Source of the DNA: Sulfolobus acidocaldarius DSM 639
GTDB lineage: Archaea > Thermoproteota > Thermoprotei_A > Sulfolobales > Sulfolobaceae
Assembly (NCBI RefSeq): GCF_000012285.1
Contig: NC_007181.1
Coordinates: forward strand, 540,001-572,000
Direction of reading: 5' to 3'
DNA length: 32,000 nt
Part shown: positions 28,239-32,000 of the stretch, one piece after another
How the letters are laid out: the number at the start of each line of letters is the position of its first letter
Position numbering within the stretch: position 1 is the first letter of the stretch
Program-made: the position numbers and the translations under genes
Notes under the pieces: generated by a model
Told to the model about the DNA's origin: nothing
Database searches by the model: none
The model's input: the letters and a program-made list of their open reading frames with translations, nothing else

Positions 28239-29642
28239 GTGTTATATGATGTAGTAATAATAGGAGCTGGTCCTGCTGGATTATTAGCTGCATATGAATT
28301 TACTACATTCAGTACAAAGGAACGTCTGAAAGTGTTGTTGGTAGATAAGGGACTTAGAGCATTGAGAAGAACTTGTCCGTTGTTGACACCAAAAGAGAAA
28401 TGTACTTTCTGTGAACCATGTAATATAACCTACGGTATAGGTGGAGCAGGGGCTTACAGTAGCGGTATAATAAATCTAAGACCTGATGTAGGCGGAGAGC
28501 TTCATGAAATAATGAGAAGCTGGGACAAAGCACAAGAGTTGATAAACTATGTTGACGATATACTAGTCAAGTTTGGTGCACCAAAAGACAGATTATTTGA
28601 ACCAAATATGGAAAGAACTAGGGAAATTCAAAAAAGAGCTGCGAAAGTTGGAGCTGAATTTGTTCCAATAAGGCAAAGACATATAGGAACTGATAAGACT
28701 CCCATGGTTATAGAAAACATTCAAAAATACATAGAAAATAATGGAATAAACGTAGCAGAGTTAACAGAGGTTTTTGAAATACAGAAAAAAGCAGATCATT
28801 TTGTACTAAAAACTAATAGAAAAGAGGAAATTGAGGCTAAAACAATACTGGCTGCACCGGGTAGAGCAGGTGCTAAATGGTTCTTAGATCAGGCTAAAAA
28901 GTTAGGAGTCGACATGGCACCGGGACCCTTAGACATAGGAGTAAGAGTAGAAGTAGAGGCATTTGTTATGGAAGAGCTAACAAGTGCAGTATGGGATCCA
29001 AAAGTAATTCTATATTCTAAGAAGTATGATGATAAAGTAAGAACATTTTGCGTAAACCCTAGAGGATTTATAATGAAAGAAGTATATGACGATAGAACAA
29101 TAGGCGTTAATGGACAAACTTTTGCAGATAAGAAAAGTAACAACACTAATTTCGCCTTTCTAACCACAATTAAATTGTCAGATCCTTTAGAAGATACAGT
29201 AGAATATGGAAAAAGTATAGCAAGACTTATGACCAGATTAGGAGGAGAAAAACCGATAATACAACGATTAATAGACTTTGAAAAAGGCAGAAGAAGCACA
29301 TGGGAAAGAATAAGCAGATCCACAGTAAAACCTACATTGAGAGAAGTAACTCCAGGTGATATTAGTATGGGTCTTCCTTATAGAGTAGTCAGTAACCTAA
29401 TAGAGGGATTAGAGAGATTAGATAATATAGCCCCTGGAATGTACTCCTCGAATACATTGCTTTATGCACCTGAAATAAAATATTACAGTATGAAAGCCGT
29501 AGTAGATAGTAATATGGAAACCGTAGTAGACAATTTATTTGTAGCCGGAGACGGTGTGGGACTCTCAAGAGGTATTAATATTGCAGCAGCTACCGGCATT
29601 CTTGCAGCCAGAGGCATAGGAAGAAAACTAGGTTTATTATGA
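28239..29642 (+). CDS. FAD-dependent oxidoreductase-like protein (COG2509-type) with an N-terminal Cys cluster
   Basis: A 467-aa protein with the Rossmann motif [14 protein letters not shown] and the Cys motif C-x9-C-x2-C-x2-C ([16 protein letters not shown]). GTG 28239 lies 2 nt after the purA stop, with GGTGAG 6 nt upstream. Confidence 0.65.
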   Translation: MLYDVVIIGAGPAGLLAAYEFTTFSTKERLKVLLVDKGLRALRRTCPLLTPKEKCTFCEPCNITYGIGGAGAYSSGIINLRPDVGGELHEIMRSWDKAQELINYVDDILVKFGAPKDRLFEPNMERTREIQKRAAKVGAEFVPIRQRHIGTDKTPMVIENIQKYIENNGINVAELTEVFEIQKKADHFVLKTNRKEEIEAKTILAAPGRAGAKWFLDQAKKLGVDMAPGPLDIGVRVEVEAFVMEELTSAVWDPKVILYSKKYDDKVRTFCVNPRGFIMKEVYDDRTIGVNGQTFADKKSNNTNFAFLTTIKLSDPLEDTVEYGKSIARLMTRLGGEKPIIQRLIDFEKGRRSTWERISRSTVKPTLREVTPGDISMGLPYRVVSNLIEGLERLDNIAPGMYSSNTLLYAPEIKYYSMKAVVDSNMETVVDNLFVAGDGVGLSRGINIAAATGILAARGIGRKLGLL

Positions 29643-29679
29643 AAACTATTTTTTAGTTTCTTTAATCTGATGTAATATT

Positions 29680-30645
29680 ATGAGTTTGGATAAAACGGAT
29701 TTGCAACTTATAATGGAGCTAGAGTACAATTTTCCTGTAGACGAAAGACCATTTGCAAAAATTGGAGAAAAATTAGGTTTATCTGAAGAGCTTGTATTAG
29801 AAAGAATTAAAAGACTTAAACATCTAGAAATTATAAAAAGAATTGGTATGTATATTAGTTTTAGAGCTAAAGGCATGGAAGGAGCATTAATAGCATCTAA
29901 TATACCATTAGAACAGATAGAAAAATTTCGAAAAATTGCACTTGAAATAAAGGAACTGACTCATAACTTTGTAAGAAATCATCCTAGATATAATATATGG
30001 TACGTATTAAAGGCTGAAAATAAGGAAAAACTGAATGAAAAAATTCGTCTTTTAATGAACCAAGTTAACTGCAACGATTACGTAATATTGTATTCAAAGA
30101 AGACGCTTAAACTAAGCGTAAAATATGATGTATTAAGAGGAATCTCTTATAGTGAAAATGATAGTCTGAGAGAAAAAGTACCCACTGCAGATGAACTAGG
30201 AATACAAAAAGATCTACTTACTGATCTATCATACCCATTACCTATAGTAGAAAAACCCTTCGAAAAGATATCTAAGAAATTTAATCTAACAGAATCGGAA
30301 ATAGTCGAGTTAATTAAAGAATTAAAAGAGAAAGGGGTAATAAAGGATTATGGAGCCACTGTAAATGGAGAAAGAATAGGAATAGTAGAAAATGCTATGT
30401 TTTTATTAAATTCTGATGATATAGAGAGCTCTTGTTACAACATAGCTACAAAATTAAAAGAAGCTACTCATGTAGTGCTAAGAGAAGCAGACAAAGAATG
30501 GGATTACTTATGCTACGCTATGATACACGCTAGAAATAAGAACTTGATTTTTGAGACAGCTAAAAAAGCAATTGAAATTAGTAATGCAAAAAGCTATATG
30601 TTGCTATTTAGTCTGGACAATCTTAAACCGGGTATTGTAATTTAG
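29680..30645 (+). CDS. Fused AhbA/AhbB-like siroheme decarboxylase (two NirD/L/G/H-type Lrp-like modules)
   Basis: A 321-aa protein with two tandem modules. Each opens with an HTH segment: [50 protein letters not shown] and [50 protein letters not shown]. Confidence 0.55.
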   Translation: MSLDKTDLQLIMELEYNFPVDERPFAKIGEKLGLSEELVLERIKRLKHLEIIKRIGMYISFRAKGMEGALIASNIPLEQIEKFRKIALEIKELTHNFVRNHPRYNIWYVLKAENKEKLNEKIRLLMNQVNCNDYVILYSKKTLKLSVKYDVLRGISYSENDSLREKVPTADELGIQKDLLTDLSYPLPIVEKPFEKISKKFNLTESEIVELIKELKEKGVIKDYGATVNGERIGIVENAMFLLNSDDIESSCYNIATKLKEATHVVLREADKEWDYLCYAMIHARNKNLIFETAKKAIEISNAKSYMLLFSLDNLKPGIVI

Positions 30646-31428
30646 ACATAGACCCTTTAATCTTTACCGAGAGAGTTATCTGAGATATTTCCTTTATCGC
30701 ACTATCTACTTTATCCTCGTTTAATCCTCCCTCAAATTCTACATAAAAATAATATTTCCATGGTTCTACTTTTAATGGTCTAGAATATATCATTGTAAGA
30801 TTAATGTTATTTACATAAAATCTTTCTAATACTTTGTACAGAGATCCAGGCTTGTGAGGTATAGTGAAGAATATCATTGTCTTTTCTCCAGATATTTTAA
30901 ACCTATTAGAAATTATTACAAATCTAGTTAAATTTACCCCATTTTCCACGTTTTCTAATAAAATATTCAGATTATTTATCTGAGCAGCGTATCTTGAACA
31001 TATTGCAGCAGCATCTTTATCTTCTGATGCATATTTTGCTGCAATAGACGTACTCTCGACAGGAATTATATTATGTAAGCCTAGTTCTTCTAGTTTTTCT
31101 TTGGCTTCTTGAATCGCATGAGGATGAGAATAGATTTTTTTCACATCTTTAATGGAATTTATTGCTTGATTGGAAGCGATTACAAGATTTATGTTTTTTT
31201 CTACTTCATAATTAACATAAATATTCTCGTATTTGAATAAATTGTCTAATGACTCGTGTACTGGACCTTCTTTACTATTTTCGATAGGTACAACACCTAT
31301 ACTATTTGAGTTCTGATTAACACTTTTGAAAATCTCTGTTATCGTCTTTACGCCTATTTTCTCTCCGGTAAAACTTTCTGCTACCTCGTACGAAAAACTA
31401 CCTTTAGGACCTAGATAGTAAATTCCAT
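30623..31428 (-). CDS. pheA: Prephenate dehydratase (PDT catalytic domain plus ACT domain); the 5' end is apparently frameshifted or start-less
   Basis: The track ORF (GTG 31144) covers only the C-terminal part and the ACT domain ([10 protein letters not shown]...NLTMIYSRP). My translation of 31145-31465 in the same frame is open and encodes the missing PDT N-terminus: [20 protein letters not shown]...[14 protein letters not shown]. That stretch has no ATG, GTG or TTG. An ATG at 31428-31426 with an SD-like TTGATCC is out of frame by 1 nt. Confidence 0.65.
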
Positions 31429-31466
31429 TTGGATCAACAGTCTGAGTGAAGTTTGGTATAAAAACT

Positions 31467-32000
31467 TTACTCTACCAAGGTTGCTTCAATACCGTCTAAT
31501 GCCAATGAATATAAGAATTCCGATAAACTTTCACTAACAGGGATCTCAAATACTACATGGATTTTCGTGAAACCAGGCTTGACATCAGTACTCATTCTAT
31601 CATGAATTACATCAATCACATTCCCTCTAATTTGTGCTACTCTACTTAATACTCTATTTAAATAACCAGGTTTATCTGGAACCAATACTTTAACTTTCAC
31701 TACTCTTTTAGATTTGAAAAGCATTCTATCTATAATCCTAGCAAGCAATGACATATCTATATTTCCTCCACTAATTATTGGAATTACCTTTTTACCATTA
31801 CCTACTTTTATCTTTCCTGAGATAATCGCAGCAACACTTGCAGCCCCAGCGCCCTCTGCTATGGTTTTATTTCTTTCTAATAGATATAGTATTGCGTTGG
31901 CTATATCTTCATCATCAACTAAAACTATATCGTCAACTAACTCACTTATCACTTCATAGGTTATCTTTGATGGATTTTTTACTAGAATTCCATCAGCTAT
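31467..32000 (-). CDS. Threonine dehydratase/ammonia-lyase (PLP-dependent), C-terminal part with an ACT-like domain; the 5' end lies beyond the window
   Basis: The frame stays open to the window edge (...[37 protein letters not shown]...PIISGGNID...). The ACT-like tail is [20 protein letters not shown]. Confidence 0.75.
   Translation of the reverse strand: MADGILVKNPSKITYEVISELVDDIVLVDDEDIANAILYLLERNKTIAEGAGAASVAAIISGKIKVGNGKKVIPIISGGNIDMSLLARIIDRMLFKSKRVVKVKVLVPDKPGYLNRVLSRVAQIRGNVIDVIHDRMSTDVKPGFTKIHVVFEIPVSESLSEFLYSLALDGIEATLVE

Noticed and set aside
27470-29876. Minus-strand ORFs (66-144 aa) opposite purA, the FAD protein and the start of the AhbA/B-like gene
   Set aside because: These are antisense shadow ORFs with no supporting signals.

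Overview
Core chromosomal region of a Sulfolobales crenarchaeon, roughly 35% GC by eye. The EF-1alpha and RNA polymerase subunit sequences match what I remember for Sulfolobus acidocaldarius. Almost the whole window is coding. From left to right it contains: (1) a membrane protein fragment and a 297-aa unknown protein; (2) an ~0.9 kb decayed integrated-element remnant at about 1713-2577, made of a tRNA-like 3' fragment, small ORFs and an SSV-type integrase N-terminal fragment that runs into tRNA-Ser(GGA); (3) the minus-strand information-processing supercluster rpoH-rpoB-rpoA1-rpoA2-rpl30e-nusA-rps12 / rps7-tuf-rps10-tRNA-Ser. This cluster is tightly Shine-Dalgarno-coupled and is interrupted by an opposite-strand DUF151 nuclease-like gene; (4) aIF5B, ndk, rpl24e, rps28e, upp and gatB; (5) a two-gene module of an HTH-phosphoribosyltransferase regulator-like protein and a metal-ligand-less metallo-beta-lactamase-fold protein; (6) a 584-aa multi-cluster radical SAM protein that I recognise as the tetraether lipid synthase (Tes/GDGT-MAS) family; (7) a thiL-like gene and an intron-containing tRNA-Thr(CGU); (8) a late-purine cluster (purB, two tandem purP paralogs, purA) followed by a coupled Cys-rich FAD protein; (9) a fused AhbA/AhbB-like siroheme decarboxylase, a prephenate dehydratase whose N-terminal third has no in-frame start codon, and the 3' part of a threonine dehydratase. 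No CRISPR array, rRNA or intact IS element was seen. The most notable items are the orphan radical SAM (Tes), the integrase/tRNA remnant, the HTH-PRT plus pseudo-MBL pair, the start-less pheA, and two very compact palindromic divergent promoter regions.
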